Origin: a virus
Taxonomy: Duplodnaviria; Caudoviricetes
Length of the DNA: 64,000 nt
Direction: 5' to 3' (one strand)
Virus record (IMG/VR): IMGVR_UViG_3300030330_006692
Location: 32,556 to 96,555 of that record
The notes beneath the pieces were generated by a model. That model had not been told where the DNA came from. It saw only the letters and a program-made list of their open reading frames with translations, and ran no database searches. Shown here one piece after another: positions 7,449-17,759 of this stretch (positions are counted from its first letter, which is position 1; every line of letters begins with the position of its first letter). Made by a program: the position numbers and the translations under genes.

Positions 7449-9457
7449 AAAAAGTAATTTATTGTGCTCAATTTTTAGATTTGTCTGGGTATGGTATCGC
7501 AGCACGCAGATATCTAGATTGTTTGGACTTAGCTATTGATGATAAAGAAATAGATTTGAAAATATACTCATCGATAGCGGCACCAGTTGAGCTGACGAGT
7601 CTCACTTCTCGCGAGCAAGAGTTGATTAAAAAATACTCCTTTGTTGATGATGAGGAAATTTCTAAGTTTATCGAAAACAATGATTATGAGTGTATTTGGC
7701 ATATGCCAACTCCAATGCCTCTATTTGCTGACGAACGTTTTAAAACGACAGATGGTATCAAAACGCCATGCTTGGTTAAACTAATAAAATCATCTAAAAG
7801 AAATCATCATTTGGTTGTATGGGAGACAACTGACATATGCAACGAGTGGAGAGAGTCGCTTGAATGGCTCAAGCCACACAGCATTATCACAGCATGTGAA
7901 ATGAATGTTGAATTGTATTCAAAATATTGCGACAATGTTCTTTTAGCTCCTCATCCAATATATGATATTGATCTTGTAAAATCTAAGCCACTAAATTTAC
8001 CTAATAATCTAAAAGATAAGTTTGTGATTTTTGCAATGTCTCAATGGACACATCGCAAGGGCTTTGATAAGTTATTGGCTGCATTCACAGCAGAGCTAGG
8101 CAATCACGATGATTGTGTTTTGATATTAAAAACGTTTGAATCTTCTGAAGCCTCAACTGTTGAACAAATCGCAAATACAGTAAAGGGCATACGCGACTCT
8201 ATAAGTCTAGAAGATAAGAAAAATAACATATTATTATTGCCATCTTATGTGGAAGATTCTAATATTAAATGGCTATACGAAAATAGCGATGTTTTTGCTC
8301 TGCTGCCCCGCGGTGAAGGTTTTGGTTTAACAATTTTTGAAGCAATTTTAAATGAATTACCAGTGATTGTACCCGATCAGGGTGGGCATTTAGATTATAT
8401 TGATCCTGAAAATAAATTCATGGTATCCGGAATGTGGGATACGTGTCTTGTGCCAAATCCAGTCTACTCTATTGATAGTGAATGGTATGAGCCAAGTGTT
8501 TCAAGCGCCAGGAAAAAATTAAGACTTGCCTACGATATGTGGAAAGAAGATAAACTAGCCGCAGAAGGTAAAAAACTAAAGCAAACGCTATTGAACAATC
8601 ATAACTTTGATGCTAAAAAGATAGGAAAAGACATAGTAGAGCACGTCTTTGGTGATCTAAATGGTGCTTATTCTGAACATGTTCTTAAAAGAAACAGGCT
8701 TAGAAAAAAAATATCACTTACCAATGACTTACAAAGAAAGGTTGATATTTTAAAAGATTCTTACGAGGGCGACACGGCTTACATCTTAAATTGCGGTCCA
8801 AGCTTAGGGAATTATTCAGAAGACTTCCTAAAAGAGTTTTTATCAGACAAACTAACAGTCAGTGTCAAACAGGCTTATGATGTTTTTCCAGGTGTAACAG
8901 ATTTTCACTTTTTTAATTGCGCAAATCTGCCAATGCCTTCGGGTAAGCCGATATTGCAGCATTACACATATGATGAGCATACTCGCCCAATTGTTGTTGC
9001 CAGCAGTAATTACGATCTTGGGCAACGTTGGCATCCTTATCAAAAACATGATTTGTTTTTTAAAATTCCAATTCGGACTGAAATAAACAATGAATTTGTA
9101 ACGTTAACTAAAAAATTCGATGATTTTTTGTTCTCTAATTCCTTGACACGCCCTTGCGGACCGGGTATAATGTTAGAAACAGTACTTTTCTTAACTGTTC
9201 ATTTAGGGGTAAAAAGGATAATTGGATTAGGTTGGGATCTTACCAACGATAATGTAAACGAAGATACGTATCAACATTTTTATGGAAACACAAAAGATTT
9301 GTTTAATCGAGGAGATGTTTTGGATTGGGAAATACAAGCCGGAAGAGAATCTTCAAAGGATGTTTTCTACTGGCTTCAAAAACATGGAATTGAATTACAA
9401 TTAGTATCCGATATAAGCACTCTATATGAAGGCATAGAAAGAGTAAAATTAGATTAA
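7445..9457 (+). CDS. GT4 glycosyltransferase fused to a C-terminal CstII/Maf-like (putative CMP-nonulosonate transferase) domain
   Basis: N-half has SGYG, HRKGFDKLL and RGEGFGLTIFEA. C-half has YILNCGPSL, LGVKRIIGLGWDL and HFYG. Confidence 0.8.
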   Translation: MKKVIYCAQFLDLSGYGIAARRYLDCLDLAIDDKEIDLKIYSSIAAPVELTSLTSREQELIKKYSFVDDEEISKFIENNDYECIWHMPTPMPLFADERFKTTDGIKTPCLVKLIKSSKRNHHLVVWETTDICNEWRESLEWLKPHSIITACEMNVELYSKYCDNVLLAPHPIYDIDLVKSKPLNLPNNLKDKFVIFAMSQWTHRKGFDKLLAAFTAELGNHDDCVLILKTFESSEASTVEQIANTVKGIRDSISLEDKKNNILLLPSYVEDSNIKWLYENSDVFALLPRGEGFGLTIFEAILNELPVIVPDQGGHLDYIDPENKFMVSGMWDTCLVPNPVYSIDSEWYEPSVSSARKKLRLAYDMWKEDKLAAEGKKLKQTLLNNHNFDAKKIGKDIVEHVFGDLNGAYSEHVLKRNRLRKKISLTNDLQRKVDILKDSYEGDTAYILNCGPSLGNYSEDFLKEFLSDKLTVSVKQAYDVFPGVTDFHFFNCANLPMPSGKPILQHYTYDEHTRPIVVASSNYDLGQRWHPYQKHDLFFKIPIRTEINNEFVTLTKKFDDFLFSNSLTRPCGPGIMLETVLFLTVHLGVKRIIGLGWDLTNDNVNEDTYQHFYGNTKDLFNRGDVLDWEIQAGRESSKDVFYWLQKHGIELQLVSDISTLYEGIERVKLD

Positions 9458-9469
9458 CAAGGAGAAGGC

Positions 9470-10330
9470 ATGGAATTATTCGATCCATACAACACAAGAC
9501 AAAAGACACCATTCTTTATTGCCGAAATAGGCATTAATCACAATGGCGATTTAGATATAACCAAGAGACTTATAGACATGGCAGTTGCAGCCGGCTGTGA
9601 TGCTGTAAAGTTTCAAAAAAGGGACATTGATACAGTTTACACCGCTGAGTATTTAGCTGGAAATAGAGAAAGTCCCTGGGGTACTACACAAAGAGAGCAA
9701 AAGGAAGGCTTGGAATTTACCAAAGAAGATTACGATATAATTGATAGTTATTGTAAGGAAGTTGGCATTCTATGGTCTGCGTCAGCATGGGACATTCAAA
9801 GTCAACATTTTTTGAGACAATATAATCTTCCATTTAATAAGGTGGCATCAGCGATGTTAACTTACACTGAACTACTAAAAGAAATTGCCAGTGAAGGAAG
9901 GCATACATTTATTTCCACTGGAATGTGTAATTTTGAAGATATTGATCATGCGGTGAATATTTTTAATGAATGTAATTGTCCCTACACATTGTTTCATTGT
10001 GTTTCAACGTATCCTTGCGCCGACGAGGATTGCAACTTAAATTTGATCAAAACTCTTCAAGATCGATACAGCTGTCCTGTTGGCTATAGTGGACATGAAT
10101 CCGGCACATTACCATCTATGTTGGCTGTCGCTATGGGTGCTAGTGCAATTGAAAGGCACATTACTTTAGATAAGGAAATGTATGGCTCCGATCAGTCTGC
10201 CTCAATTGAGCCTGACGAGCTAAATGCCTTGATTGAACAGATTTCGGTAGCATCTACGATCGTTGGAACAGGCATGAAAACATTCTCAGCGGCAGAGCAA
10301 GCTGTGGCAGATAAACTTAGATATTTTTAG
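9470..10330 (+). CDS. neuB: N-acetylneuraminate synthase-family (NeuB-like) enzyme, short form
   Basis: Motifs IAEIGINHNG, GCDAVKFQKR, HCVSTYP, GYSGHE, IERHITLD and GSDQSAS. Confidence 0.95.
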   Translation: MELFDPYNTRQKTPFFIAEIGINHNGDLDITKRLIDMAVAAGCDAVKFQKRDIDTVYTAEYLAGNRESPWGTTQREQKEGLEFTKEDYDIIDSYCKEVGILWSASAWDIQSQHFLRQYNLPFNKVASAMLTYTELLKEIASEGRHTFISTGMCNFEDIDHAVNIFNECNCPYTLFHCVSTYPCADEDCNLNLIKTLQDRYSCPVGYSGHESGTLPSMLAVAMGASAIERHITLDKEMYGSDQSASIEPDELNALIEQISVASTIVGTGMKTFSAAEQAVADKLRYF

Positions 10331-10338
10331 AAGTTTAT

Positions 10339-11061
10339 ATGATAGAAATGTTTCCCATATTAAAAGATAAGAACGTTCTTATCACAGGTGCCACTGGCGG
10401 ACTTGGAAGATGCATCGCTGCTGAATTTGTTAAGCATGATTGTAATCTATTTTTAACCGGCAGGGATGAAGAAAAACTTCAAAGATTGGCAACTAAAATA
10501 GCCACCACAAATAAAGTTTTCTATATGACGGCAAATTTAGAAAACATAGGTGAAGTGAAACAATTATCAAGTTCCGCACTTGAGTGCTTAGGAAAGATAG
10601 ATGTTTTAATTAATTGTGCGGGTGTTTTTGTTGTAAAAGCCCTTAAAGACACAGAAATTGAAGATTTTAATAAATCTTTTGAATTAAATGTTCGTGCTCC
10701 GTTTTTGCTAACACAAGATCTTGTAGGTAGCATGATTAAAAATGAGTGGGGCAGAATAGTCAATATCGGCTCCTCATCTTCCTACAATGGCTTTAAAAAC
10801 ACTTCGGTATACTGTGCGTCAAAGCACGCCTTACTTGGGCTCACACGGGCAATACACGACGAATATAGGACTAAAAACATACGCTCATTCTGTTTTTCTC
10901 CGGGCTCTATTCAAACAGAGATGGGAAGAAAAGTAAAAAATCAAGATTTTGATACCTTTATTGATCCAGAAGAAATAGCTAAGCATATTGTATTTTCAAT
11001 ATCTTTTGACGGTGAGATGATATCAAATGAAATACAACTAACAAGGATAAACATTCAATGA
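10339..11061 (+). CDS. SDR-family oxidoreductase
   Basis: Motifs ITGATGGLG, INCAG, IVNIGS, YCASK and PGSIQT. Confidence 0.93.
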   Translation: MIEMFPILKDKNVLITGATGGLGRCIAAEFVKHDCNLFLTGRDEEKLQRLATKIATTNKVFYMTANLENIGEVKQLSSSALECLGKIDVLINCAGVFVVKALKDTEIEDFNKSFELNVRAPFLLTQDLVGSMIKNEWGRIVNIGSSSSYNGFKNTSVYCASKHALLGLTRAIHDEYRTKNIRSFCFSPGSIQTEMGRKVKNQDFDTFIDPEEIAKHIVFSISFDGEMISNEIQLTRINIQ

Positions 11062-11825
11062 AAATGGGCATTATACAAGGTAGACTATCTCCTCCAACAG
11101 AGGGGTTTCAGGATACTCCTTCGGATTGGAAAAAGGAATTTGATTTACTGCAAGATATGGGCTTAAATCATATTGAGTGGATTGTAACTGAAAAATCTTT
11201 TGAGAATAATCCAATTTTCACTGAAGATTTAAGCAACTATTCAATTAGCTCTATTTGTGCAGACAATCTAGTGAGTGAAAAAATTATAGATACTGAATTC
11301 TTATCCGATAATTTGACTCCAATTTGTGAAGCTGCAATTCGTAATAAAATTAAAAATGTCACCATTCCAATTTTAGAAGAGTCCAGTATGAGCGACATAA
11401 AAAAGAGAGATAAGTTCATTATTGAGATTCAAGAGTTTTCTGACAAATATAGTAAATTAAATTTTTCTTTTGAAATTGAAGACAAGATGGACGTAATTGC
11501 TGACATAATTTTTATGCGTGATAATTTCTATTTAACGTATGATACCGGCAATATGACAACGGTTGGGGTAGAACATGATGTATATTTACATTTATTTCAT
11601 GAAAAAATAAACAACGTTCACCTAAAAGACAGAAACAGGGATAATGAAACAGTTAATCCGCTAACAGGAGCAACAGAATTTGAAAAAATATTTGCCAAAT
11701 TAAAAGAATTGAGTTATAATGGTTTATATACTCTTCAAACTGCAAGAGGGAACTTTGGCGAAGAAGAGAAGACTATCAAAAATCATACAAAATTATTTAA
11801 GGAGTTGTATAATGAGTGTTCGTAA
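11058..11825 (+). CDS. sugar-phosphate isomerase/epimerase (xylose-isomerase-like TIM barrel)
   Basis: Motifs MGIIQGRLSP, IEW, SFEIE, YDTGN, VHLKDR and TLQTARG. Confidence 0.85.
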   Translation: MKMGIIQGRLSPPTEGFQDTPSDWKKEFDLLQDMGLNHIEWIVTEKSFENNPIFTEDLSNYSISSICADNLVSEKIIDTEFLSDNLTPICEAAIRNKIKNVTIPILEESSMSDIKKRDKFIIEIQEFSDKYSKLNFSFEIEDKMDVIADIIFMRDNFYLTYDTGNMTTVGVEHDVYLHLFHEKINNVHLKDRNRDNETVNPLTGATEFEKIFAKLKELSYNGLYTLQTARGNFGEEEKTIKNHTKLFKELYNECS

Positions 11826-12633
11826 AGTATTTGATTTAACTGGAAAAACTGCCATGATTACGGGTGCCGGCGGCTTGCTTGGGCCTAAGCATGCCGAAGC
11901 AATTATCGAGTTTGGTGGCAATGTTGTACTAACAGATCATCACATTGATAGAGTAGAAGCAAAAGCAAAGATGTTAAATGAAAAATACGGCGACGGCGTT
12001 GCGCGTGCATACCATATGGATGTAACTGATCCTAAGTCAGTTCAAGCTGTTGTAGATTTGTGCGATAAAATTGATATCTTAATCAATAACGCAGCGAAAG
12101 ATCCAAAAGTTAAAAAAGGCGGCGGCTTAACACCCGACAGTAGGTTCGAAACAATGACTCCGGAATATTGGCAGGAAGGTGTTGACGCCGCAATGAATGG
12201 CACATTTTATTGTTCTCAGTCTGTAGCAAATAAAATGCTAGAAAATGGTGGTGGAGTTATTCTAAATATAGCATCCGATCTTGGAGTTATTGCGCCAGAT
12301 CAAAGGCTGTATCGTCAAGATAACGTTGATGAAAACATGCAGAACGTCAAGCCAATCACCTACTCAGCAGCAAAATGGGCAATTGTAGGAATGACAAAGT
12401 ATCTTGCTGTATATTTTGCAGAAAAGAACATCAGAGTGAATTCTATCAGCCCTACTGCTGTTTATAACAATCATCCGGAAGAGTTTGTGGATAAATTAAC
12501 AAACATAATTCCTATGAATAGAATGTCACACATCGACGAATACAAGGGTGCAATCGTTTTCATGTGCTCAGATGCCAGCTCTTATATGACTGGAGAAAAT
12601 GTTGTTATTGATGGAGGAAAATCAGTATGGTAG
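11812..12633 (+). CDS. SDR-family oxidoreductase (PtmA-like)
   Basis: Motifs ITGAGGLLG, LINNAAKDP, YSAAK, RVNSISP and SSYMTGENVVIDGG. ATG 11812 has SD AAGGAG, while the track start 11719 overlaps the previous gene. Confidence 0.92.
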   Translation: MSVRKVFDLTGKTAMITGAGGLLGPKHAEAIIEFGGNVVLTDHHIDRVEAKAKMLNEKYGDGVARAYHMDVTDPKSVQAVVDLCDKIDILINNAAKDPKVKKGGGLTPDSRFETMTPEYWQEGVDAAMNGTFYCSQSVANKMLENGGGVILNIASDLGVIAPDQRLYRQDNVDENMQNVKPITYSAAKWAIVGMTKYLAVYFAEKNIRVNSISPTAVYNNHPEEFVDKLTNIIPMNRMSHIDEYKGAIVFMCSDASSYMTGENVVIDGGKSVW

Positions 12634-12995
12634 AGCACCTTATTCATCCTCCAATGAAATATGTTGAAAAAGGCTGGGGATATGAAAAATGGATTGTAAA
12701 CAAAGAGGAATATTGCGGAAAACTATTATTCTTTAAGAAAGGAAAGCAGTGTTCTTGGCACTTCCACAAAAAGAAAGACGAAGTATTCTATCTCCAGTCA
12801 GGAAAAATGATTGTAAAGTATAGCGATGGCGATAATCCAGAATTAGCTAAACAGATTATTTTGGAAGCAGGGCAAAATTTCTATGTACCGATTGGCTTAA
12901 GGCATCAAATGTATGCCCTAGAAGATTCGTATCTTTATGAGTTTTCCACGCAACACTTTGATAGTGATAGTCATAGGATACACCGCGGAGACTGA
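12627..12995 (+). CDS. cupin-fold sugar isomerase-like protein (mannose-6-phosphate isomerase-like)
   Basis: Motifs VEKGWGYE, SWHFHKKKDEVFY..SG, P.GLRH and YEFST. Confidence 0.85.
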   Translation: MVEHLIHPPMKYVEKGWGYEKWIVNKEEYCGKLLFFKKGKQCSWHFHKKKDEVFYLQSGKMIVKYSDGDNPELAKQIILEAGQNFYVPIGLRHQMYALEDSYLYEFSTQHFDSDSHRIHRGD

Positions 12996-13696
12996 TGAAG
13001 CGCTTAGAGGACATATGTGTTATTATCCAAGCGCGCCTTGGTTCCCAAAGAATCCCGCAAAAAATGATTAAACCTTTTGCCGGGACTACCTTGTTTGATT
13101 TATCAATACAAAAAGTTTTAGATTCAAATTTCATACCTAAAGATAATTTTTATGTTTCTGTTTATGAGCAGGAGCTAATTGATATCGCAAACAATCGAGG
13201 CGCCAATGTCTTTTTGAGAAGTGAAAAATCTGCAAACTCAGAAGGAACCCCTATGACTGATATGTACGAGTGGTGGGACAAGTTACCATTTAAGTATTGT
13301 GTTTTAGTTAATGGCTGCACACCTTTTCTAGAGACATCGACAATTGACGGGTTTGTTAAGGCATACATGCAAACAGATTCAGAAGGATTATTCGGTGTTA
13401 TGGAAAAGAAAAACTATTTTTGGAATAAAGATGGCACCCTACAAACACCATGGCCTGCCTCTGAGGCATGTATGAACACAAAAGTAGTTGAGGTTACTTA
13501 TGAGGCTGCACATTGTCTTTATGCCGGGAAGATGGAGCCCATTAAAAATGGTATTTGGATGGGTGATTTTCAAAAACCTGGGGATATTGAACTCTATCCA
13601 ATGAAAGAGCGTGAATGTCTGGATATTGATTATCCATGGCAATTCGAATTGTGCGAGACATTGTACATTGATTCGTTGAAGGAGAATCGAAAATGA
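12995..13696 (+). CDS. neuA: acylneuraminate cytidylyltransferase (NeuA/KdsB family)
   Basis: Motifs IIQARLGSQRIPQKMIKPF, CTPF and LDIDYPWQF. Confidence 0.92.
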   Translation: MKRLEDICVIIQARLGSQRIPQKMIKPFAGTTLFDLSIQKVLDSNFIPKDNFYVSVYEQELIDIANNRGANVFLRSEKSANSEGTPMTDMYEWWDKLPFKYCVLVNGCTPFLETSTIDGFVKAYMQTDSEGLFGVMEKKNYFWNKDGTLQTPWPASEACMNTKVVEVTYEAAHCLYAGKMEPIKNGIWMGDFQKPGDIELYPMKERECLDIDYPWQFELCETLYIDSLKENRK

Positions 13697-14526
13697 GAAC
13701 ATACATAATTGCAGAGATTGGCATTAACCATAATGGCTGCTTGAACACAGCGAAAAGATTGATTGATATTGCATCTCTATCTGGTTGTGATGCAGTAAAG
13801 TTTCAAAAAAGAAATCCAGATGTATGTGTCCCAGAACACCAAAAGGCAGTTTTACGCGAAACTCCTTGGGGAACAATGAGTTACTTAGAGTATAAGTATC
13901 GAATGGAATTTGGAAAAAAAGAGTATGATGAAATAGATGAGTATTGTAAAGTAAAAGAAATAGCATGGTCCGCATCTCCTTGGGATATGGATAGTTTAAA
14001 GTTTCTAGAGAAGTACGATATTCCATTTATAAAAATGCCATCAGCAATGTTAACTCATGAAGAGTTAATGAGAGGATGTGCAAGAAGCGGCAAAAAGGTT
14101 ATTTTTTCGACAGGCATGAGTACCGTAGAGGAAATAGATACCGCTGTTAAGTGGCTTCGCGAAGAGGATTGCGAGTTTGCACTTCTGCACTGTAATTCAA
14201 CATACCCGGCGCCCCTAGAAGAATTAAATTTGCAATGTATCAAAACTTTACGAGAAAGATACAACTGTGAGGTTGGATATAGTGGGCACGAATTCCGTTT
14301 AGGGACTACTGTTTCCAGCGTTTACCTCGGCGCTACGATCGTCGAGAGGCATATCACGCTCGACAGGACAATGTGGGGCTCTGATCATTTAGCTTCGCTT
14401 GAGCCTCAAGGGCTAATAAAACTAGTGAAAGGTATAAGAGAATTAGAAATAGCACTTGGTGATGGCGTCAAAAGACTTTATGACGGAGAGTTGCCTGCAC
14501 GTAAGAAGTTGCGAGGACTAGACTAA
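13693..14526 (+). CDS. neuB: second NeuB-like synthase, short form
   Basis: Motifs IAEIGINHNG, GCDAVKFQKR, HCNSTYP, GYSGHE, ERHITLD and GSDHLASLEP. Confidence 0.95.
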   Translation: MRTYIIAEIGINHNGCLNTAKRLIDIASLSGCDAVKFQKRNPDVCVPEHQKAVLRETPWGTMSYLEYKYRMEFGKKEYDEIDEYCKVKEIAWSASPWDMDSLKFLEKYDIPFIKMPSAMLTHEELMRGCARSGKKVIFSTGMSTVEEIDTAVKWLREEDCEFALLHCNSTYPAPLEELNLQCIKTLRERYNCEVGYSGHEFRLGTTVSSVYLGATIVERHITLDRTMWGSDHLASLEPQGLIKLVKGIRELEIALGDGVKRLYDGELPARKKLRGLD

Positions 14527-15293
14527 TGTATATCGATGTTTTCCAGCATCATAGAGCAATTAGTTCATTTCCCAATTGGGTTATAAACGACTGTAAAAAT
14601 TCAAATCCAGAATCTTTCAAAAAAATTGTTAAATCAGTTGTGGCGGATTCAAACGTTGTGTATTCTAATTTAGATTATTTTAAAAAATATAAAGACTCTA
14701 AAGTTTTATTTGTTGCCGGCGGCCCATCTTCGAAAGAAACCGAATGGAGCACTGAAGGGTATGATTATATATGGTCGTGCAACCATTTTTTTAGACACCC
14801 GCGACTAAAAGATTTAAAAGTTGATTTAGCAATGATAATGCCCGAAGTTGACTTGCAATCTGAGGAGTTTCTACAATATCGACAGAAACATAATCCGTAT
14901 TATGGTTTTGAAATTCACGATAAGTGGGTAGCGCACGCCTTTGACGACTACGAAAGATATTTTTGTATGCATACAAGATTTTACAGCAAGATTGGAATTG
15001 GCGCCCGAATGCTTATATTTGCTGGCGCTTTAGGCTGTAAAGAAGTTTCTTTTATTGGCTTAGATGGTCCAATATATCAGATAAAAGGTAACCATGGTTT
15101 CGAAACCGGAAAGAATAGCTTTCCTTCATGCTATCATGGAGTTTCGCAAGAGGTGATTCTTAAAAGTTACTTAGATCAACATAAATTGCTTTGGGAGCAT
15201 ATTAATAATTTTTATCCAAACACTGCATATAAAAATTTGGGTTATGGCGAAGAACAGCATGCGTTTATAAAAAACAAAGGATTCAAAGAATAA
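14526..15293 (+). CDS. CstII/GT42- or Maf-like putative sialyl(nonulosonyl)transferase
   Basis: Motifs VLFVAGGPS, WSCNHFF, GARMLIFAGALGCKEVSFIGLD and a C-terminal His. It sits directly after neuA/neuB. Confidence 0.7.
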   Translation: MYIDVFQHHRAISSFPNWVINDCKNSNPESFKKIVKSVVADSNVVYSNLDYFKKYKDSKVLFVAGGPSSKETEWSTEGYDYIWSCNHFFRHPRLKDLKVDLAMIMPEVDLQSEEFLQYRQKHNPYYGFEIHDKWVAHAFDDYERYFCMHTRFYSKIGIGARMLIFAGALGCKEVSFIGLDGPIYQIKGNHGFETGKNSFPSCYHGVSQEVILKSYLDQHKLLWEHINNFYPNTAYKNLGYGEEQHAFIKNKGFKE

Positions 15294-15296
15294 GTT

Positions 15297-16211
15297 ATGA
15301 ATTGGCTAACTCCAACATCTCCAGCTTTTTACAAAGGCGGTACTCAATCAGTTCAGTGGTATAACGAGCGTATTACTGAGCGACGAAAAAAATACCCTAA
15401 TTTATTAGAAAAATTCTCTAACTACGATTCCAAAGAGATATCAAATCAAATTAAAGAAAAAGGATGGTTCAAGATAGAGAATTTTTTTGATCTTAATGTA
15501 TTAAACTATGTAAAAGACGCTACTAAATCAGTGTTGATGGAAAATAATCCGGATATCGTGAGACAAGCTAATGGCGGACAACATCAATATATTCATATGC
15601 CATTTTTGAATGTTCCAGCTGTGAATAAGATCGCTTCCGATAATCGGATAGTATCTATAGCCACCAGTTTTTTTGGATGCTTTCCTGGAATTGGCACAAG
15701 TAATTTAAGATATAGCGATAGTAAAAATTCTATAGCATCAGGAACGTGTCTGTATCATAATGACTTTAATAGTCCGGTAAAATTATTAAAGTTTTTTATC
15801 TACTTGAATGATGTAGACATGTCAAATGGACCGTTTACTTATGTTGAAGGGAGTAATTCAAAGAAGCCTTTGAGTCCTTTTTGGTTGGATTATCATCGAT
15901 GGAGTGATGAGCAAATAGAACAACTATACGGCAAAGACAAAATTATACCTTTAACTGCTAATTACGGCGATTTGCTAATTGCCACAACAAACGGGTTTCA
16001 TAAAGGGATGCCACTTAAACAAGGAAACAGGCTGATGTTAACATTGAATTATCTAGTTCATCATGAGTTGGATAATAATTTAGAAAATCTTATAGAGCAC
16101 CCGACATATCACCCCGGTTCTCCATATAGCGCCCTACACAAAATTTCAAAAGATACGTATAATAATAACTTAGAAATTGAGCCTCTTTATGATTTTATGG
16201 AGAAAGTTTAA
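15297..16211 (+). CDS. 2-oxoglutarate/Fe(II) dioxygenase (PhyH-like)
   Basis: Motifs YHND (HxD), KFFIYLNDV..NGPFTYVEGS, GDLLI...GFHKG and RLML. Confidence 0.9.
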   Translation: MNWLTPTSPAFYKGGTQSVQWYNERITERRKKYPNLLEKFSNYDSKEISNQIKEKGWFKIENFFDLNVLNYVKDATKSVLMENNPDIVRQANGGQHQYIHMPFLNVPAVNKIASDNRIVSIATSFFGCFPGIGTSNLRYSDSKNSIASGTCLYHNDFNSPVKLLKFFIYLNDVDMSNGPFTYVEGSNSKKPLSPFWLDYHRWSDEQIEQLYGKDKIIPLTANYGDLLIATTNGFHKGMPLKQGNRLMLTLNYLVHHELDNNLENLIEHPTYHPGSPYSALHKISKDTYNNNLEIEPLYDFMEKV

Positions 16212-16790
16212 ATGAAAAAAGTTTTTATTGATTGTGGCGCCTACAATGGCTCATCAGTTAGAAAATTTAGAGTCCTGAGACACGATAGTCCAGATTTTGA
16301 AATCTATTCTTTTGAAGCTAATCCTGTTTTTTATGAAGATATTGAAAAAACGGGTACCAAGCTGTTTAGAAAAGCAGTCTGGACGTCTAATGGAAAAAAA
16401 GATTTCTTTATCGTAACTAAAGACAAGTACGGCTCCGAAGATATGCGCACGGGCTCCAGTACGTTAAATGAAGAAAAAAACAAATTTAATAGCGTAGCAC
16501 ACAAAAGGACTGAGGCTTTTACTGTTGATACAATTGATATCTCCACGTGGATAACAGAAAATTTTTCTAAAGAAGATTTCATTATTTTGAAAATGGATAT
16601 TGAGGGATCTGAGTATGATGTGCTCAATAAGATGATAGTAGATGGCTCGATTGATTTAATCGATAAATTGTGGATTGAGTTCCATCACACAAAATGTGGC
16701 ATATCTCAAGATACTCACGATAATCTTTTAGTTAAGCTCAAAAATACTGGTATTGAAATTGATGAAACTTGGGATTCGATGGGATTTTAA
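16212..16790 (+). CDS. FkbM-family SAM methyltransferase
   Basis: Motifs FIDCGAYNG, SFEANP, LKMDIEGSEY and IEFH. Confidence 0.92.
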   Translation: MKKVFIDCGAYNGSSVRKFRVLRHDSPDFEIYSFEANPVFYEDIEKTGTKLFRKAVWTSNGKKDFFIVTKDKYGSEDMRTGSSTLNEEKNKFNSVAHKRTEAFTVDTIDISTWITENFSKEDFIILKMDIEGSEYDVLNKMIVDGSIDLIDKLWIEFHHTKCGISQDTHDNLLVKLKNTGIEIDETWDSMGF

Positions 16791-17084
16791 ATGATAGTTT
16801 ATATTGATATTGACGAAACGATTGCAAACACTCCGGATGATAGAAATTACAGCAACTCTACTCCGATTGAGGAGAATATTGCAAAAGCAAATAAGTTTTA
16901 TGATGATGGACATACTGTGGTATACTGGACTGCCAGAGGCTCAGGCACGGGCATTGATTGGTATGATGTGACAAAAGAGCAGCTTGTAAGATGGGGAGCA
17001 AAGCACCATGATCTTAAGCTTGGAAAGCCTATGTATGATTTATTTATCGACGACAAGGCAATAAACTCAGAGGATTGGAAGTAA
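16791..17084 (+). CDS. small HAD-family phosphatase (capsule-biosynthesis type)
   Basis: Motifs YIDIDETI, YWTARG and GKP.YDLFIDDKA. Confidence 0.88.
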   Translation: MIVYIDIDETIANTPDDRNYSNSTPIEENIAKANKFYDDGHTVVYWTARGSGTGIDWYDVTKEQLVRWGAKHHDLKLGKPMYDLFIDDKAINSEDWK

Positions 17085-17085
17085 A

Positions 17086-17745
17086 ATGAATAAAGGATGG
17101 AACTCAACAATAAAACACGAAGTGTACTCCAGCGACTGTTATGGATTTAAAAAAATTAATTTCAATAGAAGTCCTTTACATATCGTTGACATAGGCTCAA
17201 ATTATGGATGGTTTTCGGTTTTAGCAGCAGAGAAATATCCAGACTGCAATATTTATGCTTACGAGTTAATCGAAAGAAATTACTTGGCAGCCAAACAAAA
17301 TTTAGAAAATTTTAAAAATGCGAATGTTTTTAACGCCGGCGTCACGGGTAAAAATCGTATTAGTAAAATATTAGAAGCCGGACATAATGATGGTGGACAT
17401 AAGCCACTGTACGCAGGAAAAGATAGCTACATATCTGAAGAAAGATTTAAAAATGACAGATCTACAAATATAATACATGAAAATATTCCTGATCAAATAT
17501 CTATAAAAGAAATTTTTGATATTAATAATATAGATTATATTGATTTTCTAAAACTAGATTGCGAAGGCTGCGAATATGAAATATTTGATCAAATATTTGA
17601 GTACGATTTAGATAAAAAAATTAAAAATCTTGCTATGGAAGTTCATGGCAAGGGGCATCCTGAATATAAAAAACTAGAAAAACAATTACAAAAAAGGTTC
17701 TCAACCTTAAAATGGGGCAAAATAACACACGCCAGTAACGAATAA
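17086..17745 (+). CDS. FkbM-family SAM methyltransferase
   Basis: Motifs IVDIGSNYGWFS, YAYE, FLKLDCEGCEY and MEVH. Confidence 0.92.
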   Translation: MNKGWNSTIKHEVYSSDCYGFKKINFNRSPLHIVDIGSNYGWFSVLAAEKYPDCNIYAYELIERNYLAAKQNLENFKNANVFNAGVTGKNRISKILEAGHNDGGHKPLYAGKDSYISEERFKNDRSTNIIHENIPDQISIKEIFDINNIDYIDFLKLDCEGCEYEIFDQIFEYDLDKKIKNLAMEVHGKGHPEYKKLEKQLQKRFSTLKWGKITHASNE

Positions 17746-17759
17746 CAAAGGAGACAAAA

